Shown here: positions 9,028-18,867 of the stretch, piece after piece
Layout: each line of letters opens with the position of its first letter
Position numbering within the stretch: the first letter of the stretch is position 1
From: a bacterium
Lineage (GTDB): Bacteria; Zhuqueibacterota; Zhuqueibacteria; Residuimicrobiales; Krinioviventaceae
Length of the DNA stretch: 64,000 nt
Assembly: GCA_963693055.1 (NCBI GenBank)
Contig: OY843751.1
Coordinates: forward strand, 1,972,914-2,036,913
Direction of reading: 5' to 3'
Translations under genes and position numbers: made by a program
Notes under the pieces: generated by a model
The model's input: only the letters and a program-made list of their open reading frames with translations
What the model was told of the DNA's origin: nothing
Databases searched by the model: none

Positions 9028-10196
9028 AATTGACCCGCATCACCAGTTACGTTTGCAATCGGCAGGCGTGTGATCTGTGTTACGGCAAGCCCGTTATTGT
9101 ATCGACGATCACCGCCACAATGTCCCAACAGAATATGGTCTTGAGTAAAATGAATTGCTGTATAACAGTACCATCCATTGGGATTGGTCTCTATATTTTG
9201 CTTGTTTTCCCAGGTTTTGCCTTCATCTTTTGATATGGCAATTGTTAAAGGTGTGCGTTTTTTCTCCAACTCGGGAGAAATGTTTTCGTGATTGTTCCAA
9301 ACCATTATCAGTTTATTAGTACCGGGTATACGTTCTATAGATGCCGGAGATCTGGGAGACATGATGTTTGAAGCCTGCAGCGGCGTCCAATGTTCTCCCT
9401 GGTCTTTTGACCATGAAACGTACTGACATCCTACATTGGTACGGCAAAACATGTACAAGCTTCTGTCTGTCAATTCTACAATGCCGGGTTCCTGTACCAG
9501 TACACGGTTATGGTTTTCATCGTATGCTTTTTGAGCATCCACACTACGGTGCCAGGTTTCACCATTATCATCCGAGATATAGCACAAGATGACTCCATTC
9601 GAATCTCTTCCTTCAGGCCAGGCAGGGTGATTGTGCATTGCCAGGGGCAATATGATACGTCCGGTTGAGAGTTGTACCGCCCGATCATTATTCAGAATAA
9701 AATACCCGCTGCTGTCGGTTACACAGCGTACCGGATCACTCCAGGTTTTGGCTTCATCCGTTGATATACGCATATGCGGACTGCAATCGGTATGAGAATT
9801 TTTGACCAGATAAAAGAGGGCAATGTTGCCATTTTGCAAGCGCAACAGAGAAACAGACATGATGTTAAAATCGCCTTCATTGAGAACGATCATCAGGTCT
9901 TTATCGCTCCAGGTTTTTCCAGCATCATTTGAAAGGCGTCCCGCAAGGTGTGCTGATGCATGATCACCTGCGCCGCCATTAAAATGGGTATAGACAAAGA
10001 GGATGCGCCCGTCATTCAGGGTGATAAAATCGCCTTCACTGTTTCGGGGATTCCCTTCACCCGGTTCAAGGCGGAATACACTGTATTGAGAAACAGGATA
10101 TTGTTTGTCTGTATTATTACAACTGGTGAATACAGAAAGTATTACAAAAATAAATATTATGGATTGGATTTTTCTGAGCATTAAAATTTTCCTCAT
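9024..10196 (-). CDS. Exo-alpha-sialidase-like BNR/Asp-box repeat glycosidase (GH33-like)
   Basis: There are five Asp-box motifs (SNDAGKTW, STDEAKTW, SDDNGETW, SKDQGEHW, SKDEGKTW). The N-terminus is lipoprotein-like (VFTSC). Confidence 0.65.
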   Translation of the reverse strand: MRKILMLRKIQSIIFIFVILSVFTSCNNTDKQYPVSQYSVFRLEPGEGNPRNSEGDFITLNDGRILFVYTHFNGGAGDHASAHLAGRLSNDAGKTWSDKDLMIVLNEGDFNIMSVSLLRLQNGNIALFYLVKNSHTDCSPHMRISTDEAKTWSDPVRCVTDSSGYFILNNDRAVQLSTGRIILPLAMHNHPAWPEGRDSNGVILCYISDDNGETWHRSVDAQKAYDENHNRVLVQEPGIVELTDRSLYMFCRTNVGCQYVSWSKDQGEHWTPLQASNIMSPRSPASIERIPGTNKLIMVWNNHENISPELEKKRTPLTIAISKDEGKTWENKQNIETNPNGWYCYTAIHFTQDHILLGHCGGDRRYNNGLAVTQITRLPIANVTGDAGQL

Positions 10197-10227
10197 CTTG
10201 ATCTGTAGAAATTAAGATACAAAAAAG

Positions 10228-10992
10228 TTACAACATGAAAAGAATAATTCCCAGACTAATATAAACAAAAATCCATTTTTTTATTGCCATGTCTAGCCGT
10301 TCTCTGGTCATTTGTGTTTTAACGGATAATCGATTGGTAATCAATATAGCAATGGGTAAACCTAGAAATGCCAAGCCTGCCCCGGCTATTACATCACTGG
10401 GATAATGTGCTCCCAACACTATACGGGCCATGCATACCAACAGTGCAATTAAAATGAGCAGATACTTGCTCACCCTGTTAACGGTTTTTGTATTTGGGAA
10501 AAAGAATAAAAAGGGCAGTACCAGTGCGGTTACTTTTGTAGCATGTCCGGATGGTAATGCAGGTGAACCGGCACTTGTGTAACAAGCGATTTGGTCCGCA
10601 TACAGCACGATGGGACGTGCACGATCAAATGCTTGTTTTAACAAATCACCGCCAATGCCGGATATGGCAAAAGAGAAAACGATTAACAAAAAAATAAGGC
10701 GTTTGTCACCGAGATTTTTTGCTTTAATTTCGGTTAGCATATGATATAGATATATCAATATAACCATTTGCATGCCATGTCGGGAGAAAAATTGGGCCAA
10801 TGTTAAAACAATAGCTTTAAAATTTGAGGTGTTGAGAGCAAATAAAATAGATTTCTCCCAAGTGGTTTGCCACCATAGTAACAGGGCAATAGCCCAGAGT
10901 ATGGAAAAGGTTAAAAGGCAAATTCTCCATATGCTTTTGTTAAGGTGGAGAGGTGTAACCAACTCTGATGTGTTTTTTTTTGATTCAGACAT
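10228..10992 (-). CDS. PAP2-family membrane phosphatase
   Basis: All three PAP2 motifs are present: KQAFDRARP, PSGH, and RIVLGAHYPSDV. Confidence 0.75.
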   Translation of the reverse strand: MSESKKNTSELVTPLHLNKSIWRICLLTFSILWAIALLLWWQTTWEKSILFALNTSNFKAIVLTLAQFFSRHGMQMVILIYLYHMLTEIKAKNLGDKRLIFLLIVFSFAISGIGGDLLKQAFDRARPIVLYADQIACYTSAGSPALPSGHATKVTALVLPFLFFFPNTKTVNRVSKYLLILIALLVCMARIVLGAHYPSDVIAGAGLAFLGLPIAILITNRLSVKTQMTRERLDMAIKKWIFVYISLGIILFML

Positions 10993-11068
10993 GTTTACTC
11001 CTTTATCATGTTCTGATCAGTATTTTACAATATTTACACCTAAACGCTGGTTTTTATTTAGTCAGGGG

Positions 11069-13390
11069 CTAACCTTGAATACATTCCAGTATTTCACCTT
11101 TGCTTGTTTCAAGTATAATGATATCCTTTTGATCAGGTTCATATGTGCGTGTATTTTTTTTAATACTTGAACGAATTTGTATCTTTTTCCAGGGGCTTTC
11201 CAGTTTTAATGTGCCGCCATATAGCGAAGTGATTTTTATTTTATCAACGTCATTGCTTTTATCTGCCGATACCAAAAAGCCACCTTGTGCGCGTAAATTT
11301 GTAAAAGATGCGGACTGGTCATCAGGCAATGCGGGGAACACGCGGATGATATCCTTTACGCTTTGCAGAAGTAGTTCGGATATTGCGATGCCGGTTCCGA
11401 ATTGTTCGGTATAGTGGCCATTATCGTTAAACCGATGGTGCGGTTCCAATCGGTTCAGAGTCATAGTACCGTTTGGACGATAACGGGCAAGGATTTCATC
11501 ATTAATCCATTGTTCTGTATCTTTCATGCCAAGACGGGCTTTTGCAACAGCTATCATAATGGTGGCATTGTTGCCGTTCCATTCCATATTTTGTATGGTG
11601 CGTTCAAAAATTTGTTTTTCATTTTCCGATGACCACCAGGTAACAATGTCACTTGGGAATACCGGGGTTATGGGCACGGGAATGTTGTACAACATGGGTT
11701 CTGCGTTTTCAACATCCACAACTACCGGTGAATCCTTTCCGTATTTGGGATAATCCGGCAGACGTTCAAGACAGGCTTTAAAGCGTGTAACCAAATTGGG
11801 GTCAGTATTCAGGATCTCAGCTCCTTCAATGGCTGCATTGAGCGTATAACGGACCATGGAAATGTCAAAAGTGCAATTGTAGTTATATTTCAAGTATTTT
11901 GTCCAGCCATGATGTTCCGGTGAGACGGAAGGTCCCAGTTCGATGGTTTCATCACCCGGACACTGGTCAATAAAATCCGCGTAAAACAGGGCTGTTTCCC
12001 GTATGGCGGGATAGACTCTGTTTTTCAAGAGCTCAATATCAGGATCATATTTATAATGCCACCACATGGGCTGTACACTGAAACCGTTGACGCCAATTGT
12101 TAACCCCCAGGTGTGATGAATGTATTGTCTGCCGTTACGGCTTTTACATAGTTCAGGATTCGCGGGTTCATAAGCATACAAAACATGGGGATAATATGCG
12201 CCGTTGATGTTATATACCTGTTTTGCGAGCCATTTTGCGCGGTCCAGATATTCAAACATGAGCCGGTCATAGGGTTCACATAATTCTGTGTGGTTGGCGG
12301 CAAAGGCGGCCCAGTAGGTCTGTTGAATGTTATAATTGGTGTGGTAATCGCCATGCCATTGCGGGGTATCGTTGACGAGCCCTGCATATAGCCCGGTGGA
12401 TTGTACCCCGGGTTTGCTAACACATCGCAGAAAATAGAGCGAACGGTACCAGGTATCTTGCAGCAATTTGTTTTCAATTTTGATACCACTTGCGGACCAA
12501 AAATTGTCCCAAATTTGTTCATGCTCTTTTATCATTTTTTTATGATTTATTTCAAGTGTTTGCAAGGCAAGCGAGATCGCCTCCTGCAGGTAATTTTCTG
12601 ATTCAAGAGAGGTTACAATGGATACTGTTTTTTGTGAAGGAGATGAAGCTGCCGCAACTGCGAACTGCATGCCGGGCCAGTCCAAATCTCCGGGAATGCT
12701 CTGGGTAAGCCATATAACGCCATCAGTTGTTCCGGATTGAGCAGGAGGGAGTCCTTTTGATTTGATCGCTTCAAGTTTGATACTGCCCTCGCCATTGATG
12801 AGAAAAACATTATTTTGTGCAAGTGCCCGTACCTCTGCCAGTGTTTCAATATCCATATCAACCATCCTGACCCTTGCTTTTCGGATATCCAGGTCTGCAC
12901 CTGCATGCAGATTGCCCGATGCATTGTCGGGAGTGAGGATAACCCGCGCGCATTGGCGGGGACAGGGATATGCATTGGTATGATAGCTGTCTTCATGAGG
13001 CCAGGTGGTGCCTTCCGGAAGCACTGCAGCACGGTTGACATTTTTAATGGGAAAGCCGGTATCAGATTTACCCAGCTTTTTGATGAGATCGAGCGTGGGG
13101 ATGGGGGGATCGTTTTTTGTCTCTACACGGGCGTCCCATACATCGTTTTTGGTGAGGTTCATGAGAATAGACGCACTGTCTGAATAAACGAGCGCACTAA
13201 TATCGCCGTTGCCAATGATCAGAGAACCATCCAGGATGTTATCAGGATTCTCTACAACGATTACCGCATCATTTAATGCCTGGCTATAGGGGATTGAGGT
13301 TCCGTTTTTGTTTGTACAATTTACAAGAATAGTGCAAAAAAATAGCAATATTAAAGTTCTGATTTTGTTCTTCATGGCATTCCCATTCAT
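11069..13390 (-). CDS. GH95-like six-hairpin glycosidase (putative alpha-L-fucosidase family)
   Basis: IGNGDISALVYSD at the N-terminus and WHGDYHTNYNIQQTYWAAFAANH resemble the GH95 signature. A signal peptide is present. An alternative start is at 13375. Confidence 0.55.
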   Translation of the reverse strand: MNGNAMKNKIRTLILLFFCTILVNCTNKNGTSIPYSQALNDAVIVVENPDNILDGSLIIGNGDISALVYSDSASILMNLTKNDVWDARVETKNDPPIPTLDLIKKLGKSDTGFPIKNVNRAAVLPEGTTWPHEDSYHTNAYPCPRQCARVILTPDNASGNLHAGADLDIRKARVRMVDMDIETLAEVRALAQNNVFLINGEGSIKLEAIKSKGLPPAQSGTTDGVIWLTQSIPGDLDWPGMQFAVAAASSPSQKTVSIVTSLESENYLQEAISLALQTLEINHKKMIKEHEQIWDNFWSASGIKIENKLLQDTWYRSLYFLRCVSKPGVQSTGLYAGLVNDTPQWHGDYHTNYNIQQTYWAAFAANHTELCEPYDRLMFEYLDRAKWLAKQVYNINGAYYPHVLYAYEPANPELCKSRNGRQYIHHTWGLTIGVNGFSVQPMWWHYKYDPDIELLKNRVYPAIRETALFYADFIDQCPGDETIELGPSVSPEHHGWTKYLKYNYNCTFDISMVRYTLNAAIEGAEILNTDPNLVTRFKACLERLPDYPKYGKDSPVVVDVENAEPMLYNIPVPITPVFPSDIVTWWSSENEKQIFERTIQNMEWNGNNATIMIAVAKARLGMKDTEQWINDEILARYRPNGTMTLNRLEPHHRFNDNGHYTEQFGTGIAISELLLQSVKDIIRVFPALPDDQSASFTNLRAQGGFLVSADKSNDVDKIKITSLYGGTLKLESPWKKIQIRSSIKKNTRTYEPDQKDIIILETSKGEILECIQG

Positions 13391-13468
13391 AGCTGATGGA
13401 TATAATAAACATTTGTTGAATTCAAATGTTCAGAGTTACTACTTGAATAATTAGGGTTGTTGAAACTC

Positions 13469-13492
13469 AAAAGCAGGAAATTTCCTGCTTTT
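13469..13492 (-). terminator. Palindromic (bidirectional-type) terminator downstream of 13537..15054
   Basis: The perfect hairpin AAAAGCAGGAAATTTCCTGCTTTT has A and T runs on both sides. Confidence 0.6.
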
Positions 13493-13536
13493 GGGTTGAA
13501 TTCAATCTGGTTGCAGCCTATGGCTTGAGGGATATG

Positions 13537-15054
13537 TTATGCTTCTTCAACAACTTTCCAGCCAACCTTGTCGGCAAGGGCATAAGCCTGTTTTTTCAGA
13601 TCACCGTAAAATGTTACACGGTGCCAGCCCCACGTGCCCCATTGGGTGAACAGTTTTTCCATGTCACCCACAGGTTCCGCGCAGAGTTTGGTACGGCAGG
13701 CGCGGTCATCTGGATCATTGTCTACAGCTACAGCCTGGTGCAACAGGATCTCGTTACGTTCCGGTTCCAGTTGCATACTTGTGGTAAGGTAACCTGTAGG
13801 CATAATGGATCTTACTGCAGCGCCTTTTCTGTCTTCCGAGTGGTTCATAATGTCGTATGGATTCTTACTTCCCTGGGGACCAAATGCCTTGTTAGACGCA
13901 ACACAGTGCGCGTAAATGATTTGACCTTTTGCTGTATCAATTACCGGATCCGAGATATATCCGGGTCTTCCTTTGGTCAATGTCGTAAAGGTAACCATGG
14001 TTGCAGTTGATCGGGTATCACACTCGCAGGCGCCTATGAATCCTTCGTTATTTAACTGGTGAAATCCCAGGCAGGGGTAAGCGTGTATGTGACCACCGTA
14101 GAAACCACCCAGACAATTGATGGTGATTGCATTTGCGTTATGCTTTTTCAATACATCTTTCATACCCAGATAGAATGCAGCTGAATTGATGATGGTTTTT
14201 TCAGGTACGTCAATTATATTCTCTGCGTCATTCATCCAGCGTTTTGCGATTTCTCTGGATTCGTCCTTGTCTGCTCTTTCCCAGGCACGATTTACTTCAC
14301 TGAATGCTACCCGTTCCATGGGTATGCCCATAATGGGATCAGCCGGACCGGATTCCTGATTACGGATGGCAAGGATCTTGGACTCGCCCAATTGTTTTAC
14401 CCATTCGTCAGTGTTGAGCGTTTCAAATTCATCCTTGGCATAGGTTGCGCCAGAAGGGGGCTTTGTATTTTTAATACGAACTTTTGCAACATTGGCAGCA
14501 AAATTTTGAGCAGTGCTGTTGCCAAAACATTTGACTGATTTCACCAGATCGCTTATATCGGAAGAGGAAACGAACCCGAGGTTGGGGGTACCTTTTTCCA
14601 TAAAACGGCCGATATAGACTAAAAATCCACCACTACCGCCAAATTGAAAATCGGCATACAAGGTGGGTTTGCCGCTTGCGGCTATGGTTTGCACCACCTT
14701 GTTCCAACAGTTCATCTGATAGACCAGATATCCGTCAATGGCCTGGTTTTCATCTGCTTTTAAGAGCTTTTCAGCTTCTTCAGGGCCGGTTGCCATGGAC
14801 GAAACAAATTCGAAATGGGGAATCTCTTTTTGTAACGTACCGGTTATACGTTCCATATGGGGATTAAAATCAAATCCTATATTGGGCCAATCCGGTTTTT
14901 CCTGAACTGGTGAATGCAATGAATAAATAATATGGATTTTCTTTTTCTCTTTGGAACAGGATGCCAGGGGAGCCGCCGCACAGAAAGCGGCACAACCAGC
15001 GCAGCGCCCCATAAAAGCCCGCCGGTCAAGGATGGAACTGTTGTTAAAACTCAT
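13537..15054 (-). CDS. Exported protein with a Tat-like/lipobox signal, possibly sugar-isomerase-like (COG2407-like); function uncertain
   Basis: The N-terminus reads DRRAFMGRCAGCAAFCAAAPLASCS. The internal FIGACECDTRS loosely resembles the ACEGD motif of fucose/arabinose-isomerase-like proteins. The family call is weak. Confidence 0.35.
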   Translation of the reverse strand: MSFNNSSILDRRAFMGRCAGCAAFCAAAPLASCSKEKKKIHIIYSLHSPVQEKPDWPNIGFDFNPHMERITGTLQKEIPHFEFVSSMATGPEEAEKLLKADENQAIDGYLVYQMNCWNKVVQTIAASGKPTLYADFQFGGSGGFLVYIGRFMEKGTPNLGFVSSSDISDLVKSVKCFGNSTAQNFAANVAKVRIKNTKPPSGATYAKDEFETLNTDEWVKQLGESKILAIRNQESGPADPIMGIPMERVAFSEVNRAWERADKDESREIAKRWMNDAENIIDVPEKTIINSAAFYLGMKDVLKKHNANAITINCLGGFYGGHIHAYPCLGFHQLNNEGFIGACECDTRSTATMVTFTTLTKGRPGYISDPVIDTAKGQIIYAHCVASNKAFGPQGSKNPYDIMNHSEDRKGAAVRSIMPTGYLTTSMQLEPERNEILLHQAVAVDNDPDDRACRTKLCAEPVGDMEKLFTQWGTWGWHRVTFYGDLKKQAYALADKVGWKVVEEA

Positions 15055-15222
15055 GCACTTCTCCTTAAATTTAAATATATATGAAAACAGGATTTTTAAA
15101 GCATGGTTATAATATGAATATGTATAGGCAGAGGAGAATAATATATAACTAAATATAGTTAATATTTTTATAAAGGCAAGGGGAAATGTTAGTGTTGCAG
15201 AGTGAAATTGTTGAGTTTCTTT

Positions 15223-15987
15223 TTATTTTTCTAATAGATTGTCTCTATTGCAATTGAGATCTATTCTAACATTTTTTTTGTTCAATAAATCCATGAATTC
15301 GTAAAAATTATTATTTAAAATGAAATCTACTTCTTCCTGGTAGATTGGAAAAAGTTGAAGAAAGTAAATTGTTTTTTCTTTATCGATTTCCAATTCGAAA
15401 AAATCTTGGCCAAATGGTGTAGCTAAAATTAGCAACATGGTGTTCAATTTTGTGTTAACAGAAAATGGTATTGGAGGATTCCCATTAGGTATTGTATGTC
15501 CATCAAATATCCAAGTATTGTATTCATGCGGGAAATGTGCCAATCGATTCAATTGATCAACAGGCCAGAGATTTTCCTCAGCATTATTATCGTTCGATAA
15601 ATCCCATGATTTTGGTAATATCATCATTATTTCAATATATTTAAATTTTTCAGCTCCTTCTGGTGTATTCATTGGCAGTTCACTCATTCCTGATGTTATT
15701 AATATTTTGTATGGATATTTTGAAGGATTAAAATAATGAACATCAATATGAACAGTATTACTTTCAAATTCATGATATACAAATTCAGGTTCACCAAAGA
15801 ATTTCTCTGCATGAATTATAATTTTTTCTATTAGTTTATGATTCCCCACAATTAATGTGGAATCTTTTCTGATATCATTTGCTGCATGTATTACAGTTTT
15901 ATGTTCTATTTCTTTAGAGAAACAGCCTTTTTCGATAAACAAAAAGAACAATATTGCAAAAATAAAATATTTCTTCATCTTTTTCAT
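15223..15987 (-). CDS. SUFU (suppressor-of-fused)-like domain protein with a signal peptide
   Basis: VHIDVHYFNPSKYPYKILITSGMSELPM...YIEIMMILPKSWDLS...WPVDQLNRLAHFPHEYNTWIFDGHTIP matches the bacterial SUFU-like pattern. It lies in an AT-rich island. Confidence 0.5.
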   Translation of the reverse strand: MKKMKKYFIFAILFFLFIEKGCFSKEIEHKTVIHAANDIRKDSTLIVGNHKLIEKIIIHAEKFFGEPEFVYHEFESNTVHIDVHYFNPSKYPYKILITSGMSELPMNTPEGAEKFKYIEIMMILPKSWDLSNDNNAEENLWPVDQLNRLAHFPHEYNTWIFDGHTIPNGNPPIPFSVNTKLNTMLLILATPFGQDFFELEIDKEKTIYFLQLFPIYQEEVDFILNNNFYEFMDLLNKKNVRIDLNCNRDNLLEK

Positions 15988-16039
15988 TAGCCAGGATTCA
16001 TAAAAGTTAATTTGGTTGATTTTTATTTTTTAAAAAAAT

Positions 16040-17023
16040 CTAGATCCTTTGACCTGATATTTTTTTACTCCATTCATTAGGAGGAAACGCAAAAGATTCG
16101 TTTTTCCATGAACGGGCAATTCCAATATCATAACCGCTCATTAATACGATTACAATGGAATTGATATCATTGATGTTTGTATATTTTTCCATCACTACCG
16201 ATGCTGATCGTATTGCGAGTTCTTCATTGTCAATTGTTTGATTATTTTGGATGATCTTGACTTGAATATAGTCTGTTCTGTTATTAAAATTTTGAGAAAA
16301 TCCTTTCATTACATAAATAAATGGATTTTTTTCATTTTCAATTAATTGATTTTGAATTTCCATTAAATTAGAAATTGTTTCATTTTGGGTTGAAATATTT
16401 TTAGTAATATAATTTGCTAAAAGTGTTGCTGTAAACAGAAAAATGATCATAATTTTATGCACTCGCCATAATGCAGGGACTATATTTGAAAAATTGTTTT
16501 TTTCTTTTACTACTAAAGTTTTTGCCAACAAATCATGCAACGATTGTCTGGTTTTTCTGTTAAATATGTATAGATAGATTATAGTACTGCCAGTTCCAAA
16601 TAATACCAAATTTATCAAATATCCTGCGGGTGATTGGAGTAGACTGTTTGGTAATAATGCACCATTTAAAAACCAGGGTATTGTTATAATTACACTACGT
16701 AATAGTGATTTGGGAAACGAAATCAGGTTGCCGTTATAATCCGTAATCTTGAGTTTTAATAGCATTTTCCCAAGTGTTTGTCCTTTACCAATATTACTGT
16801 TCAATATCGAGAAATAAATTGTTGTAATAGTAAAGCCAATGAGTTTACCCCATGCGCCAGCTTTTATTAACCACTCTTGAAATATACCTCCTATTATTAT
16901 ACCGAAAATTCCAAGAACGAGAACGTCAATGATAAGCGCGAAAATTCTAATCCAAAATCCGGCAAAAGTTATGTTATTTTCCTTTGTTGTTTCATTAATA
17001 TGCTCGTTGGATTGATATTCCAT
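16040..17023 (-). CDS. RDD-family membrane protein with an extra C-terminal domain
   Basis: The N-terminal FAGFWIRIFALIIDVLVLGIFGIIIG is RDD-type. Several TM segments are followed by a soluble domain of about 130 aa. Confidence 0.6.
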   Translation of the reverse strand: MEYQSNEHINETTKENNITFAGFWIRIFALIIDVLVLGIFGIIIGGIFQEWLIKAGAWGKLIGFTITTIYFSILNSNIGKGQTLGKMLLKLKITDYNGNLISFPKSLLRSVIITIPWFLNGALLPNSLLQSPAGYLINLVLFGTGSTIIYLYIFNRKTRQSLHDLLAKTLVVKEKNNFSNIVPALWRVHKIMIIFLFTATLLANYITKNISTQNETISNLMEIQNQLIENEKNPFIYVMKGFSQNFNNRTDYIQVKIIQNNQTIDNEELAIRSASVVMEKYTNINDINSIVIVLMSGYDIGIARSWKNESFAFPPNEWSKKISGQRI

Positions 17024-17224
17024 AGTCGTCCCTTTTGAATATTACGGATGCGAAAGATTGTTTTGAAATTAAATGGTTCCCCTGATTTAAAAAAGGAATA
17101 TTTGAAATTTAAAAAAAAACTGGATATTGTCAATAATGATTTTGGTTCAAGGTGATTTTAAATAGAAAAAATTAGAGTTTGTAAGGAAATATGAAAGGTA
17201 TTTATATAAACCATTTTCTAATTT

Positions 17225-17977
17225 TTATTCTATCGGCTCACCACTTTCCAATACCTGGAGTACTTTATCATCATTGACTTTAATCTGCCAAGTATGCATG
17301 TGTATACAGCCTGAAGGACAATCTCCCCAGCCATATGAAAAGAGGTATGTCCTTGTTTTACCTGCATCTACCAAAACTGGATTTGGAATAAAAGAATAAG
17401 CACTGTTAATACTTGTATAATTGAATTCGTTTGTTTGTTCTAAAAGATTGATTGGAACATTTAGATTCATTGGTATAGGTGATAATAGTTCAAAGGTATA
17501 AAGATCTGAAAAAAACATTTCAATTTCTACAACTTTTAGGTTGAATTGTTTGATCACATTATCAATTTTTTTAATACCTGATTCTTGTTTACCGTTAAGC
17601 CAGTTTTTTACCCAGATTTTATTTGTATCGACAGCAACTAAACTTTCTGTAAGATATTTTGAATCAGAAAAATGCATAGCTCTGGAATATTTAATAAAAT
17701 TGGTGTCTATTTTGGAAATTATAGAGTATATAGTAATAAAGTCATTGTAATGTTTTTGTACATTATCCTCATCTAGCCAGGGCATGGTATTGTAAATCGT
17801 TTCATTTTTTTGCATTATCTCGAATTCCATATTTTGTGCATCAGAATATAGAATGGCTTTTAATGAATCCGAGAGAAGAGAGTCATTGCTATATGATTGG
17901 ATTTCTTCCGGATCAACTGAATGGTTAGTGCAGGAAATAATAATCAGTAGCAGTAGTAAATAAAGCATTTTGTTCAT
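17225..17977 (-). CDS. Lipoprotein of unknown function, paralog A (C-terminal YGWGDCPSGCIHMHTW motif)
   Basis: It has a lipobox (LIIISC). It shares VAVDTNKIWVKNWLN and YGWGDCPSGCI..HTW.IKV with the adjacent gene. Confidence 0.6.
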   Translation of the reverse strand: MNKMLYLLLLLIIISCTNHSVDPEEIQSYSNDSLLSDSLKAILYSDAQNMEFEIMQKNETIYNTMPWLDEDNVQKHYNDFITIYSIISKIDTNFIKYSRAMHFSDSKYLTESLVAVDTNKIWVKNWLNGKQESGIKKIDNVIKQFNLKVVEIEMFFSDLYTFELLSPIPMNLNVPINLLEQTNEFNYTSINSAYSFIPNPVLVDAGKTRTYLFSYGWGDCPSGCIHMHTWQIKVNDDKVLQVLESGEPIE

Positions 17978-18001
17978 GTTAATTCCTATAGATAAAAAAG
18001 A

Positions 18002-18754
18002 TTATTCCAACGCATCGCCATATTCGATATTCAGGGAAATCTGTTCGCCTTTTACTTTGATTTCCCAGGTGTGTTGATAAATGCAGCCGGAAGGGCAGTC
18101 ACCCCATCCGTATTTGAAAATATAATTTTTGTAATCTTGATTGCCCTGCATAGAAATGCTGCTCCAATCGGGATGTCTTGCCGGAATTTCGGCATAGAGA
18201 AATTCATCGGTTGCTGATAATTTTTCAGCTAATAATCTATTATTTATGGGATTTGCAGATGTTAAAGTGAAATTGTAGCGATTTTTAGATCCATTGCTTT
18301 CAAGAATATCCAGTTCATAATTGTAGATGATTGAATCAATACCGGCAATGTCTGCAATCTTTTTGTCGTTTAACCAGTTTTTAACCCATATTTTGTTTGT
18401 ATCAACAGCGACATGTATTTGTCTTATACCATAGTGGTAATGATTATGGATGCGAGTAATGTTATCAAGAAACCTTTTGTTGATCTTGTAACTGGATTGA
18501 TAAATATTTATCAGGTCATTATAATACTGACCAATGTTGAATTCGTCTAGTACTGCTGAGCTTGATAGAGTATGTTCTTTGTCTGCTTGCCTCATGTATT
18601 CAATATACACCGCATCGTTATAATACAATTGGCGTGTAGAATCATTGAGGGGAATAATATCGGATGCAGATAAATTGTTGGGTTCCGGGTTGGTAGAATT
18701 TTGGTTACATGCCAGGTATAATAGTAATAAAATAAAAAAATGAATTTTTCGCAT
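18002..18754 (-). CDS. Lipoprotein of unknown function, paralog B (C-terminal YGWGDCPSGCIYQHTW motif)
   Basis: It has a lipobox (LLYLAC). The start is taken at M5 of the track ORF. It is a tandem paralog of 17225..17977. Confidence 0.6.
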   Translation of the reverse strand: MRKIHFFILLLLYLACNQNSTNPEPNNLSASDIIPLNDSTRQLYYNDAVYIEYMRQADKEHTLSSSAVLDEFNIGQYYNDLINIYQSSYKINKRFLDNITRIHNHYHYGIRQIHVAVDTNKIWVKNWLNDKKIADIAGIDSIIYNYELDILESNGSKNRYNFTLTSANPINNRLLAEKLSATDEFLYAEIPARHPDWSSISMQGNQDYKNYIFKYGWGDCPSGCIYQHTWEIKVKGEQISLNIEYGDALE

Positions 18755-18867
18755 TACAACCCCCACGTATTTTAGTTTACATGTTATCTTTTAAACTTTT
18801 CTGTAATTCTTTTGTTCCCTGCTTAAGGTGCACTTTATATTTTATTTAAAAGGTAGCTTTTAAAGAT

